IMG/VR virus record: IMGVR_UViG_3300036715_004471
Coordinates: 372,001 to 436,000 of that record
Length of the DNA: 64,000 bases
Reading direction: 5' to 3' (one strand)
Part shown: one piece after another, positions 41,813 to 50,772 of the stretch
Numbering within the stretch: position 1 is the stretch's first letter
Layout: each line of letters opens with the position of its first letter
The notes under the pieces: model-generated
Told to the model about the DNA's origin: nothing
The model's input: the letters and a program-made list of their open reading frames with translations, nothing else
Databases searched by the model: none
Translations under genes and position numbers: made by a program

Positions 41813-42748
41813 TCAATAATAGTAATAAGAATTATATTTTGGTCTCAGATTTTCTGGATAAGTTGGAGAACGCTCCAATACCTTGGTCTGAACCCACGCA
41901 GGCATAGAATTCCAGAAAACCATTTCTTTATCGTTCAACTTACGATCTTGACGCAAAGATGGGATGCCGCCAGATTTCCAAACTGGTTTGTAACTAGTGA
42001 TAACAAGAATGCCTTCTTTGTTCTTCTCATAGACTGGTTCATCGTAAGAATACAAAAAAGAGAAACCATTGTACCAATTGTAAAAATTGTTACGGACATT
42101 GCCCCATTCGATTTTCCATTTACGATTGGTGCCGCCATATTTTTTGGTTTTGTTTGCGGGAACAAACCAAAACAACTTATCACCAACTTTTCCTACCATA
42201 CGCCCGCTCAACCAATTAGCAACAGCTTGAGTGTTGAACTTGGGAGTCTTGGGGTGACGAGGGCGCATGATCTTGGCGCGCAAAACGCCACCATCATCCA
42301 CATAAAAATCGTTCTCGTAATTGGTGGTGATGTAATCTTCTTCGCTTTTGTAGAAACGACCAAATCTCAGATCTGGAACTTCTTCCACAGAAGAGAGCAA
42401 ATGATCATAAAGAATGTGACGACCTGCGGTGGTGCGAGAATCGAATTTCTTGCAAACATCGGATTTCACATCATTCCAAAGTCGACCAACCTGACAATGA
42501 AGCCAACGATACATAGGACCGAGCTTATCATCAAATTCCTTACGAACTTTTTCTTTTTTGGTGATGACAATATTATCTTCATCAGAAAAATCTGGATTAT
42601 CTTTCAAGAAGTGACAGTAATCTCTTTCAGAGGCTCTTTCAACAGTGAAGGAATTACGACGTTCCCACTTGTTGAAACGAGCGCGACCACCCTCGATGGT
42701 GGTTTTAGCAAGATTCTTTTTAGACATAACATTCTCCAGTGGAGACAA
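41813..42748 (-). CDS. hypothetical protein
   Basis: 311-aa ORF in the majority orientation with GGAG Shine-Dalgarno. Confidence 0.6.
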   Translation of the reverse strand: MSPLENVMSKKNLAKTTIEGGRARFNKWERRNSFTVERASERDYCHFLKDNPDFSDEDNIVITKKEKVRKEFDDKLGPMYRWLHCQVGRLWNDVKSDVCKKFDSRTTAGRHILYDHLLSSVEEVPDLRFGRFYKSEEDYITTNYENDFYVDDGGVLRAKIMRPRHPKTPKFNTQAVANWLSGRMVGKVGDKLFWFVPANKTKKYGGTNRKWKIEWGNVRNNFYNWYNGFSFLYSYDEPVYEKNKEGILVITSYKPVWKSGGIPSLRQDRKLNDKEMVFWNSMPAWVQTKVLERSPTYPENLRPKYNSYYYY

Positions 42749-42752
42749 ATTT

Positions 42753-43130
42753 TTATTGAAACGTTAACATAACTTTTAACTTGTTGACGATCTTATTCAT
42801 ATCGCCATCTAAAAAATCAAAAGCTAATGTTGGCAAATCATTAAACTCTGAAGTACAAATATATTTATCTTCATTATCATAAACAACAACCAATACATCG
42901 TTATTGTTTAGATACTGAGTAATTTCATACTTTTTATGATTGAAACGAATTCTAATCATTTCCTCATCTCCGGCAATAAAATCATTGCCGAATTTGAATG
43001 CGTAATGTGCATTTCCGAACAGCGCACATTTATAGGTGACAAGCGTACTTGCTTTGAAATCAACCCGCTCTTTCTTCAAAAGAGCCTGGCAGATGGGGCA
43101 GCGCTTGGCATCTAAGTTTTTCATAATCAA
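42753..43130 (-). CDS. Zn-ribbon hypothetical protein, ends MLTFQ
   Basis: CPIC; resembles the adjacent ORF. Confidence 0.55.
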   Translation of the reverse strand: MIMKNLDAKRCPICQALLKKERVDFKASTLVTYKCALFGNAHYAFKFGNDFIAGDEEMIRIRFNHKKYEITQYLNNNDVLVVVYDNEDKYICTSEFNDLPTLAFDFLDGDMNKIVNKLKVMLTFQ

Positions 43131-43528
43131 CTGAATGTAAAAACAGTTCTTATTCTATTGATTGCTTTGTCAACATTGAATTTTGAAAAGTCAAAAAGTT
43201 CTTTGTCGAGGGTAAAAGCATTGTTCTTAAAACTAAAATTGACCCTACCCTCCGCATCCACCTTAAAAACCATAATCTCGGTTTTAACAGATGTTGCTGG
43301 CGCAGAGTCATATTTCTTAGTCAACCTATACTTATGTTTATCATCGTAGATATTAACTATCTCGGAAAACAATTGAGGAATACCAAAATCGTTTCTCATA
43401 ATTGAGATAACATAATGATCTAGATCGCTAACGCAACCGTATCCTGACTTGCGGTCAATCATATCAATCTGACATTGGCAAGTTGGGCATTTGAGACTAT
43501 TTAATAGTTTCTTTAACAGGGGATCCAT
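43127..43528 (-). CDS. Zn-ribbon hypothetical protein, ends VFTFS
   Basis: CPTC. Confidence 0.55.
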   Translation of the reverse strand: MDPLLKKLLNSLKCPTCQCQIDMIDRKSGYGCVSDLDHYVISIMRNDFGIPQLFSEIVNIYDDKHKYRLTKKYDSAPATSVKTEIMVFKVDAEGRVNFSFKNNAFTLDKELFDFSKFNVDKAINRIRTVFTFS

Positions 43529-43744
43529 TCTCTTATGAATATATCTTGTTAATGCCTGTTCATATCATTTCTAGTGATGCGCCAATACACCAAACTTGCA
43601 ATTTGACGATGTGACATGCCCTCTGTATGAAGTTTTAAGGAACGAGCAAGTCTCAATAAGTTTTCTGTCTTTGCTCGTCTCAAATCTAAGCGCAAGACAT
43701 TTGCATATTTAGCTTTCCATAAATGTCTATGACTTATTTCCATA

Positions 43745-43822
43745 TGGCTGAGGAGGTAGGATTCGAACCTACATTACATCGTGATTCAAAGTCACGGATT
43801 CTGCCAGTTAAATTACTCCTCA
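43745..43822 (-). tRNA. tRNA-Gln(TTG)
   Basis: CGTGA-CTTTGAA-TCACG; U1-A72, GCCA. Confidence 0.9.
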
Positions 43823-44304
43823 ATATTCGCGTTATCTAATGCCGAAAAAATGGCAGAATCTTCTGCTGCCAAAATATCACTTTTGCATTTATCTATTAAA
43901 TCAAACCTTCTCTTCTTTATGTCACTTATTCTGATCGTAGGATTAGAATAAATTTCAAAAAGCGGCATCCTTACTCTAACTCCCCTTGGAAAAGAGTTTC
44001 GTTTATTAAGCCTACCACTAGAATTTATAACTAGCTCACGATGTTTATAAGCACCAACATTGAGTACAATGTTACAAACACCGGGCTCTTTATCATAGAT
44101 CGGTAAAGCCCCAGAAGGTAATTGATCAATCAGAAAAGTTTTTCTGGCTATACCTTGATAATCTATTCTGGTTCTTAATGGCTGAATCATTGATTGCGCC
44201 AGCCTCATACGACCAGCCGCACTTGACAAGTAACTTCCAATAAAACCAGGTTTAGTTCTTTTGTAGAGAGCGCCATCGGATGATATGAGAACAGGATGCT
44301 TCAT
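43813..44304 (-). CDS. truncated major-capsid-like protein
   Basis: GRMRLAQSMIQPLRTRIDY...LPSGALPIYDK...PLFEIYSNP...RRFDLID resembles, from memory, the N-half of a large-phage major capsid protein family. Confidence 0.55.
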   Translation of the reverse strand: MKHPVLISSDGALYKRTKPGFIGSYLSSAAGRMRLAQSMIQPLRTRIDYQGIARKTFLIDQLPSGALPIYDKEPGVCNIVLNVGAYKHRELVINSSGRLNKRNSFPRGVRVRMPLFEIYSNPTIRISDIKKRRFDLIDKCKSDILAAEDSAIFSALDNANIEE

Positions 44305-44310
44305 GTAGTA

Positions 44311-44514
44311 TCATATATCATCTTTGTTTTCTACTGAATCCGACCAGGCTAAAATATCTTTCCAGTCAGCCTCACTCATAAAGATTCTGGAAGGCTTGAG
44401 CGGTGCATTAAAAATTTTATTGAAAGACCTCTTGAAGGATCTGGTTACATTACCAACCGGGTCATTTACATTTATTAATTCACCATCTGAATCAATAACA
44501 ATGGGATGCTTCAT
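44311..44514 (-). CDS. small protein sharing an MKHPxxIxSDG leader with 43813..44304
   Basis: Duplicated N-terminus at protein and DNA level. Confidence 0.5.
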   Translation of the reverse strand: MKHPIVIDSDGELINVNDPVGNVTRSFKRSFNKIFNAPLKPSRIFMSEADWKDILAWSDSVENKDDI

Positions 44515-44562
44515 GTAGAAGCATATAACCTGTCACTAATCTTATTAATCCAAAAATAAAAA

Positions 44563-44638
44563 TGGTGGAGCTAAAGGGAGTCGAACCCTTAACCTCATCG
44601 CAGCCAGCGACGCGCTCTCCCAGTTGAGCTATAGCCCC
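44563..44638 (-). tRNA. tRNA-Ala(GGC)
   Basis: G3-U70; CGTCG-CTGGCTG-CGATG; ACCA. Confidence 0.92.
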
Positions 44639-45141
44639 AATGTTCTTCTATTTATTCTTCTATTTTTGGTCCATCTCTCTTTAGATCTTCTATCAGCAAT
44701 TGGAACACCAATATCAATCTCAACTACCGATGGACTCATCGATAATTCTTTAATCTCATTCTTCATCAATCTCATTCTTGAAACTGAACTAGACAGTTTT
44801 ACATTCACATCAAACGGACCTTCACTTTCTTGAAAAGCAAGGCACAAAAGAACAGTTAATTTGTCTAAGTTCATATACTGTTTAAGTTGAGAATCTTAAT
44901 GAAAATTTGATAGTTCATAGCAGCCTTATATTATCAATTATGACAGCTCGGCTCACAATCTTCATTGTGACAAACACCATCTGCAAGCCCCGCATCAGCA
45001 GTAAAATTACATACTGTGCCATCGCTTTTGCCCTGACATTGATCGTCATTATATGTTACATCAGGAAATGTACAACCAACCAATGCAAAAAGCAAAATAA
45101 CATTTAATAATTTCATCATAAATCTTTCTTAATGAATTCTA

Positions 45142-45217
45142 TGGTGGAGCTGGAGAGATTCGAACTCTCAACTTTTTGCTTGCAAAGCAAACACGCTGCC
45201 AATTGCGTCACAGCCCC
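45142..45217 (-). tRNA. tRNA-Ala(TGC)
   Basis: G3-U70; TTTGC-TTTGCAA-GCAAA; ACCA. Confidence 0.92.
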
Positions 45218-45557
45218 ATAATCCTGCATGTATTTCTCTATGACAATTAGAACACAATAGCAAACATTTATCAAGTTCTAATTTTGCTTTTTCTAAACCC
45301 CAATATCTCATACTTTGAAAAGTAGGGTCTTTATATTCGGGATCTATATGATGAAATTCTAATGCCTCCATACATTTTGAATAATCACATTTTTGACACT
45401 TACCACCCTTATACTCGACATATAAAGATTTGTTTGTACGACCCCTACTTATTGTATTTGTGTTGTGACAATTTTTGCATAAAGTTAAGCATTTTCTGCC
45501 CTGACCTTTATTCATCATTTTGTCAGGATCTGACTCCCCACAAATTTTACATTTCAT
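45168..45557 (-). CDS. HNH endonuclease
   Basis: GGKCQKC...ALEFHH.DP..K...KC.LLCSNCHREIH; reads 50 nt into tRNA-Ala. Confidence 0.88.
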   Translation of the reverse strand: MKCKICGESDPDKMMNKGQGRKCLTLCKNCHNTNTISRGRTNKSLYVEYKGGKCQKCDYSKCMEALEFHHIDPEYKDPTFQSMRYWGLEKAKLELDKCLLLCSNCHREIHAGLWGCDAIGSVFALQAKS

Positions 45558-45559
45558 TT

Positions 45560-45641
45560 TGGTGGATTTGGAGAGAATCGAACTCTCAAACTCTGAAACT
45601 CTGAATGCAAATCAGAAATTATCCCATTTAATTACAAGCCC
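45560..45641 (-). tRNA. tRNA-Ala(TGC) with an 8-nt duplication in the variable loop
   Basis: TCTGA-TTTGCAT-TCAGA; TCAGAGTT repeated twice. Confidence 0.75.
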
Positions 45642-45845
45642 ATACAGTCTTATTTATATCAGTTTATGCATAATTATTTAATTCCACATATTTTATATAT
45701 TATTTTCAAGAATCTTTTACTTTTCTTTTTATTAATTGATTCTAATAAATAATTCAAATCTGCATTATTATTAAACATGTTATGTTCTGCCTTTGCAAGC
45801 AAATACCCAATCATATGTTTCATATTAAAAATCTCATTCAATTTT

Positions 45846-45930
45846 TGGTGGATCTGGAGGGACTCGAACCCGCGTAGGCTTTCGCCGAGAGCTTAAAAGG
45901 CTCTTGTCATTGCCGCTAGACAACAAATCC
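45846..45930 (-). tRNA. tRNA-Lys(TTT) with long variable arm
   Basis: AGAGC-CTTTTAA-GCTCT; GGC-GAAA-GCC extra arm. Confidence 0.85.
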
Positions 45931-45943
45931 ATATTTCGTAATT

Positions 45944-46020
45944 TGGTAGGTTTACTTGGATTCGAACCAAGACTGAGCAGATTAAAAGTCTGCTGTGCTA
46001 GCCATTAACACTATAAACCC
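45944..46020 (-). tRNA. tRNA-Lys(TTT)
   Basis: GCAGA-CTTTTAA-TCTGC; ACCA. Confidence 0.92.
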
Positions 46021-46052
46021 ATGAAGGAGATTATAACATCTCCTTTTTTTTA

Positions 46053-46487
46053 TTAGGCAGTAGTTGGTGCTAAGACCCAACAATTACCTGTGCGTGGTTG
46101 TGCTTGAGGAACACTTACAAAAAATCCACCAGTTGGTGCACTTGGTCCATATGCTTCACCAGTTAAGGTTCCATCCGTATTTTTTACTAACTTAGCTGGC
46201 GCTTTAACTGTTGGATCAGTAGTTGGGAAATAACAACCAACCGTAACTCCACCATCAGAATCTAGTCCCCCAAAATCAGCGGCGCAAGGAGCTTGAGCTA
46301 ACTCTCCCTTAGCAACTCCTGATACAACTTTTAAAGTTCCCTTGCCCGTGTCTACAACTATTGTAGCAACACCATCAGAATCAACACTAGTAACAAATCC
46401 AAAACTCATATCATCATCAGAAAAATACATAACGTAAAAAGGTTTCATTTTAGCTCCTAAAATAACAATCCCAGTTATATAAGCCAA
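46053..46487 (-). CDS. hypothetical protein
   Basis: AGGAG before internal ATG (MKPFY). Confidence 0.5.
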   Translation of the reverse strand: MAYITGIVILGAKMKPFYVMYFSDDDMSFGFVTSVDSDGVATIVVDTGKGTLKVVSGVAKGELAQAPCAADFGGLDSDGGVTVGCYFPTTDPTVKAPAKLVKNTDGTLTGEAYGPSAPTGGFFVSVPQAQPRTGNCWVLAPTTA

Positions 46488-46525
46488 AATGCATACATTA
46501 TTCTATAATGTATTTTTTATTCATG

Positions 46526-46933
46526 TCACGCTTGATTTTGAGCAAATGCGTGGCGAATTTTTCCACTTTTACTGACGAAAACAAAACCTTTGAAAGTATC
46601 ACCCTCATCCACTACTTCACAGTCAAACATAAACTGAATCATGTTTGGATTTTCATTTCCTCTGACAGCCATCAGTTTCCAATGCTCTGGTTTGGCTGAT
46701 TCATTTTTTAGAAAGTCTGCCATGTCGTCATTATCTTCCAGAAGACCGCCATAGTCGCCTGATGGGGCGATGTTGACAAACTCGTGAGTTAACTCTTCTG
46801 AATTCTTCTTGATCCATTCGCAAATTGCGTTTTGCAAATCATTTATCTTAAGTCCCAATTTTTCTTGAAGTTGCTCTTCCCATTTTTCGATACTAGCACC
46901 TTCTTCAAGACCAAGATCATCTAGAACGTCCAT
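46526..46933 (-). CDS. hypothetical acidic protein
   Basis: 135-aa ORF. Confidence 0.55.
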   Translation of the reverse strand: MDVLDDLGLEEGASIEKWEEQLQEKLGLKINDLQNAICEWIKKNSEELTHEFVNIAPSGDYGGLLEDNDDMADFLKNESAKPEHWKLMAVRGNENPNMIQFMFDCEVVDEGDTFKGFVFVSKSGKIRHAFAQNQA

Positions 46934-46945
46934 GATAACTTTCCT

Positions 46946-47194
46946 TCAATGGAAAACCCATAAGTTAGAATTCAAAATCTTTTTCAACTCTGCATAAATC
47001 TTGTCTATGCAACCACGACAATAATATCCTAAAATACCAGGTTCAGTGCCACCTGCCCCATATACAGTAATGGTTGCACAAGTTGTACCCTTTTTTATTT
47101 TGCCATTTTCTCCAACATATTGAGGATCTTTATCACATTCATGATAACGACATTTTTTTCTACCAGACTTATCTACTTCTAGTCCAACTCTCAT
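46946..47194 (-). CDS. Cys-rich hypothetical protein, ends LWVFH
   Basis: Cys pairs; shared C-terminal motif. Confidence 0.5.
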   Translation of the reverse strand: MRVGLEVDKSGRKKCRYHECDKDPQYVGENGKIKKGTTCATITVYGAGGTEPGILGYYCRGCIDKIYAELKKILNSNLWVFH

Positions 47195-47487
47195 TCTGAA
47201 AGCATCCTTTCCAAACGAGCGTGAAGTCTTTCAGCTTCATATCTAGTCAAAGCAATAAGCGCATCTTCTTCAACAGCTTTTGCGCCTACTTCCATGATTT
47301 GATCGTCCCAATTACTGTATCGGAAATCTTCAAAATCTTCTTTTGAATCTGGTCCCTCTACAGAATAAGAATCTTCAATAGTTTGAAGAGGAGTATTGAC
47401 GTTAACAACATGAATGTAAAAAATCTTATTCTTACTTGAAGAATCTTTTGCTTTATGTCTTTTCACAACACACCATTTAATAAAAAT

Positions 47488-47633
47488 TGAAACAACAAGA
47501 ATTGGAAAGACTATTTTTCGCGTGTTACCATTACACCACACTGCAATGTTTAATTTCTTGGTTGCAGTGGAGGGAATCGGACCCCCTTCTCGTTCTTATA
47601 ATGAAATGTAATCCTTCACAGGCATTTGTTTCA
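47488..47633 (-). ncRNA. Y-RNA-like (YrlA-type) RNA 1 with permuted tRNA domain
   Basis: TGAAACAA/TTGTTTCA closing stem; AATGC..GAAGGATTACAT; T-arm, CACTGCA-ACCA-loop-TGCAGTG, D-arm. Confidence 0.8.
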
Positions 47634-47755
47634 TGGTCTCTCAAGTAGGGTTTACGCCTACAACATCCCTTTAATTCAGGAGTTTTACACATTACTTTTC
47701 ATAATTAAGTTAAGTTAACTGCCCTTAATATGAATTTCACTTAAACTATCGAGAG
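47634..47755 (-). ncRNA. tRNA-like RNA with about 45-nt hairpin inserted in the D-loop
   Basis: CTCTCGA/TTGAGAG-ACCA; GTAGG-CGTAAAC-CCTAC. Confidence 0.55.
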
Positions 47756-47758
47756 ATA

Positions 47759-47833
47759 TGGAGGGTTCGGAGGGACTTGAACCCTCAACAAACTGGTTAA
47801 AAGCCAGCTACTCTGCCATTGAGTTACGAACCC
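47759..47833 (-). tRNA. tRNA-Lys(TTT)
   Basis: GCTGG-CTTTTAA-CCAGT; TCCA. Confidence 0.92.
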
Positions 47834-47835
47834 AT

Positions 47836-48099
47836 TTATACGCCGTTAATCTTCTTAGAAGTCCAATCATGGAAATCAAAAGTCGATTTACACGGAAAAA
47901 CTCCAATCAAAGGATGTGCAATGCAATTATGCACAAACCACCAACTATGATGTTTGTAGACAGGCTTCTCTTCCTGCTTATATCCTTCGATACGTTTATG
48001 AAACCTCATTTCGGCTCCCGACTCATCAGAGTTTGGGAATTCCTTTTCTTCCTTCTTCGGTTTCACTTCGCCATCTTCTTCATCATATTCCCAAAACAT
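47836..48099 (-). CDS. hypothetical protein
   Basis: WFVHNCIAHPL...FHDWT. Confidence 0.5.
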   Translation of the reverse strand: MFWEYDEEDGEVKPKKEEKEFPNSDESGAEMRFHKRIEGYKQEEKPVYKHHSWWFVHNCIAHPLIGVFPCKSTFDFHDWTSKKINGV

Positions 48100-48185
48100 T
48101 TTATTATCTTTCTATGTTTGTGGTTTGGTAGGGCAACGGGTATGTGAAAATATATTTTCACATATCAATATTATCATACATATGT

Positions 48186-48935
48186 ATGTTTCAACTATTT
48201 ACACAAGAGCAATTACAAACTTCCAGATCAAATGATTTGTTACCATTAAAATGTCAACAATGCTCTAAAACATTTTTAATATCTAAAAAGTACATAACAC
48301 AAGTTCTCAATGGTAAATCTAGCCGAGGGTATAAACTACATTTTTGTAGTTCTAAATGTTCACAATTGTCAAGAACTACTTCTGAAATTTTTTCATGCAC
48401 TTTTTGTGATAATCCATTAAAAATGAAATTATCACAAAAACAAAGATCAAAATCTGGAAATATTTTTTGTTCTAAATCGTGCGCAGCTAAATATAATAAC
48501 ACTCATAAAACTAAAGGTAGCAGGCGTTCTAAACTTGAAATTTGGTTAGAGCAACAACTTTTATCATCTTACCAACAATTAAAAATACAATTCAATTGCA
48601 AAGAAACTATCAATTCTGAATTAGATATTTATATTCCAAGTTTAAAATTAGCATTTGAGTTAAATGGCATCTTTCATTATGAGCCAATTTATGGTTCAGA
48701 AAAATTGGCTTCCATTCAAAATAATGATAACAGGAAATTTCAAGCCTGTTTAGAACAAGACATTGAGCTTGTTATTATAGATACGTCATCTCAAAAATAT
48801 TTTAAAGAAAAAACATCACAAAAATATCTTAAAATTATAAAAGATATAATTGATAATAAACTAAATTACTGGTCGTCCCCCCGAGATTCGAACTCGGCAC
48901 CTCTGCCTTATCAGAGCAGCGTTCTAACCAAATGA
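48186..48935 (+). CDS. zinc-finger plus PD-(D/E)xK/Vsr-like endonuclease
   Basis: FCS..C repeats; ELDIYIP..LAFELNG.FHY; D..K...C; 3' end antisense to tRNA-Ile. Confidence 0.8.
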   Translation: MFQLFTQEQLQTSRSNDLLPLKCQQCSKTFLISKKYITQVLNGKSSRGYKLHFCSSKCSQLSRTTSEIFSCTFCDNPLKMKLSQKQRSKSGNIFCSKSCAAKYNNTHKTKGSRRSKLEIWLEQQLLSSYQQLKIQFNCKETINSELDIYIPSLKLAFELNGIFHYEPIYGSEKLASIQNNDNRKFQACLEQDIELVIIDTSSQKYFKEKTSQKYLKIIKDIIDNKLNYWSSPRDSNSAPLPYQSSVLTK

Positions 48936-48946
48936 ACTAGAGGACG
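48870..48946 (-). tRNA. tRNA-Ile(GAT)
   Basis: CTGCT-CTGATAA-GGCAG; ACCA. Confidence 0.92.
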
Positions 48947-48951
48947 GTTAT

Positions 48952-49045
48952 TGTGGATACACAGGGAATCGAACCCTACGCTAGCCTGCTTTCGACTCCT
49001 TTCTACCCACCTTGGTAGGTGGACAATGGCGGGCTCTCTATACCC
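48952..49045 (-). ncRNA. D-armless tRNA-like RNA with Ala identity elements
   Basis: GGGTATA/TGTATCC-A (G3-U70); T-arm TAGGG-TTCGATT-CCCTG. Confidence 0.65.
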
Positions 49046-49049
49046 AAGT

Positions 49050-49127
49050 TGGTGGACACATTGGGAGTCGAACCCAATTTTTCCCGACAATTGTCCGAGC
49101 TTTTCATAGGGACGGGTTACTGTGCCC
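49050..49127 (-). ncRNA. D-armless tRNA-like RNA with Ala identity elements
   Basis: GGGCACA/TGTGTCC-ACCA (G3-U70); T-arm TTGGG-TTCGACT-CCCAA. Confidence 0.7.
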
Positions 49128-49334
49128 AAAATCTTAAACACTAAAAATGAGTACGATATCTTCTCCGCCTTCCTTAATAAAAGCATCATAACTCATACTA
49201 CACGGAGCGTTGAACCAAACATAATTGTTATTATCAATAGTCCATGTCAACTTTCTATCAGGATTAAATCTAACTTCTTTATCATCTTCCATGATATAAG
49301 TGCCAAATTTGTCCATCTTGATCTGTCTTTTCAT

Positions 49335-49410
49335 TGGTGGTACCTAACAGGATCGAACTGTTTTCGTCCGCTTTTCAGACGGCGGTCTTGACCACAAATA
49401 CGAAGGTACC
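49335..49410 (-). tRNA. tRNA-Phe(GAA)
   Basis: Loop CTGAAAA; ACCA. Confidence 0.82.
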
Positions 49411-49419
49411 ATATTTGTC

Positions 49420-49494
49420 TGGTGGCTCCTGTTGGTATCGCGCCAACATTTCCTGCTCTTCAGGCAGGCGCTAATCTATTTCAGCTAAGGAGCC
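49420..49494 (-). tRNA. tRNA-Phe(GAA)
   Basis: CCTGC-CTGAAGA-GCAGG; unusual T-loop CGCGATA. Confidence 0.8.
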
Positions 49495-49499
49495 ATGTT

Positions 49500-49574
49500 G
49501 TAGTTTAATAAGGGCTCGAACCTTAATATATTTTTGTATATCGTTTCCACGAGTACTCATAAACATTAAACTAC
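49500..49574 (-). ncRNA. tRNA-like RNA, T-arm on a 9-bp terminal stem
   Basis: GTAGTTTAA/TTAAACTAC; TAAGG-TTCGAGC-CCTTA. Confidence 0.55.
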
Positions 49575-49652
49575 TGGTCGGGCGAGTGGGGATCGAACCC
49601 ACCTCAAGGTGCTTATAAGACACCCGGATGCAACCAGCTTACCTTTCACCCG
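49575..49652 (-). tRNA. tRNA-Ile(TAT)
   Basis: GGTGT-CTTATAA-GCACC; ACCA. Confidence 0.85.
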
Positions 49653-49850
49653 GTTGACTCACCAAAGATTATAGTGGCAGGCGAAACATTCGAATAAAAA
49701 TGTTGAAGATTTTGGTTTTTCTTTAACCATTACTACTTCATCATCTTCATTATTTTCATAATGACCGCTCACCATTCTCTTGCAACGATGGCATTCATAA
49801 GTAAAATCGCAAGACTTCTCTTCGTTTTCCATGTTGTTTCTTTCTTTGGC

Positions 49851-49926
49851 TGGCAGGTGTAACGGGTGCTGCCCCCGCTTGGTCTTGCTCGACAGGCAAG
49901 TGCAATTGCTGAATTGCTATACACCT
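49851..49926 (-). tRNA. tRNA-Asp(GTC), atypical D and T loops
   Basis: CTTGC-CTGTCGA-GCAAG; T-loop GGCAGCA; GCCA. Confidence 0.78.
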
Positions 49927-49929
49927 ATA

Positions 49930-50004
49930 TGGCACCCCCGAGCGGACTCGAACCGCCCTCATCTGCGTGACAAGCAGACCGCCTCACCCGATGCGTACGG
50001 GGGT
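49930..50004 (-). tRNA. tRNA-Asp(GTC)
   Basis: TCTGC-TTGTCAC-GCAGA; GCCA. Confidence 0.88.
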
Positions 50005-50024
50005 ATGTTATACAATATATCACT

Positions 50025-50426
50025 TTATTCGTAGATGAAAGGTCTTTCTAATCTCCCAATTGTTAAATGAAACCAAGGCTTAAACGGAAAGCCTAACATT
50101 TCTCTGACTGCCGACAATTCTTCTGAATAAACATCAATCCGGGCATGGATTCCATTTTCGAATCTTATCACATGGTTGTAATAAAAATCTACTTCGTATC
50201 CCTCCAACTTACCCCAGGCTGATGGGTCAGTGACGGTCTCGCCGCGAACAACTGAGATATGTGTTCCCCACAACCCTTTTGGATTAGATTCTATTCCATA
50301 TTTTTTCAAATGCCAAGAATAATACTCAGCAATTTGATCGTCACACGAAAGTAAACACCACCAAGGTTCAAATTGTTTAGATCCTTTTTTCAAATCGAAA
50401 TGAAGTGTTCCAGATGAACTAAACAT
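50025..50426 (-). CDS. 2H phosphoesterase-like protein
   Basis: WGTHISVVRGE, FHLTIGR; paralog of 20323..20724. Confidence 0.7.
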   Translation of the reverse strand: MFSSSGTLHFDLKKGSKQFEPWWCLLSCDDQIAEYYSWHLKKYGIESNPKGLWGTHISVVRGETVTDPSAWGKLEGYEVDFYYNHVIRFENGIHARIDVYSEELSAVREMLGFPFKPWFHLTIGRLERPFIYE

Positions 50427-50617
50427 GGCTTGTGTCTTTCAAAAATTTGATGACTAGAAATCGTAAAGACGAAGTTTATTGAATTGAATGACCAATCAAC
50501 AATAATATGGTATTACAGTTTTAACCTTCTGATAATAATACAGGACATTCTATTTATTCTCTTAGAAATGCTTGGAGGTTATTGTTATTATTTATGTAGT
50601 CCTTACTGCATTCATCA

Positions 50618-50690
50618 TGGTCCGCCCCGCCGGGGTTTCACCAGCATTTCCGCCTCATGGCAGCGTCTTGACTATTTAGACGATGGATAG
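50618..50690 (-). ncRNA. degenerate tRNA-like RNA with 4-nt anticodon loop
   Basis: CTGCC-ATGA-GGCGG; weak acceptor stem; ACCA. Confidence 0.45.
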
Positions 50691-50696
50691 ATATTA

Positions 50697-50772
50697 TGGC
50701 GATACGTGTGGGAATCGAACCCACCGTCATCCGCTTAACAGGCGGGCGCTGCACCAAGCCAGCTAACGTACC
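50697..50772 (-). tRNA. tRNA-Asn(GTT)
   Basis: CCGC-CTGTTAA-GCGG; GCCA. Confidence 0.88.

Noticed and set aside
41768-42772. 334-aa plus-strand ORF
   Set aside because: Antisense shadow of 41813..42748, which has a Shine-Dalgarno, the majority orientation and more natural composition
48952-49127. Full tmRNA
   Set aside because: Each unit is under 100 nt, with no tag reading frame or pseudoknots
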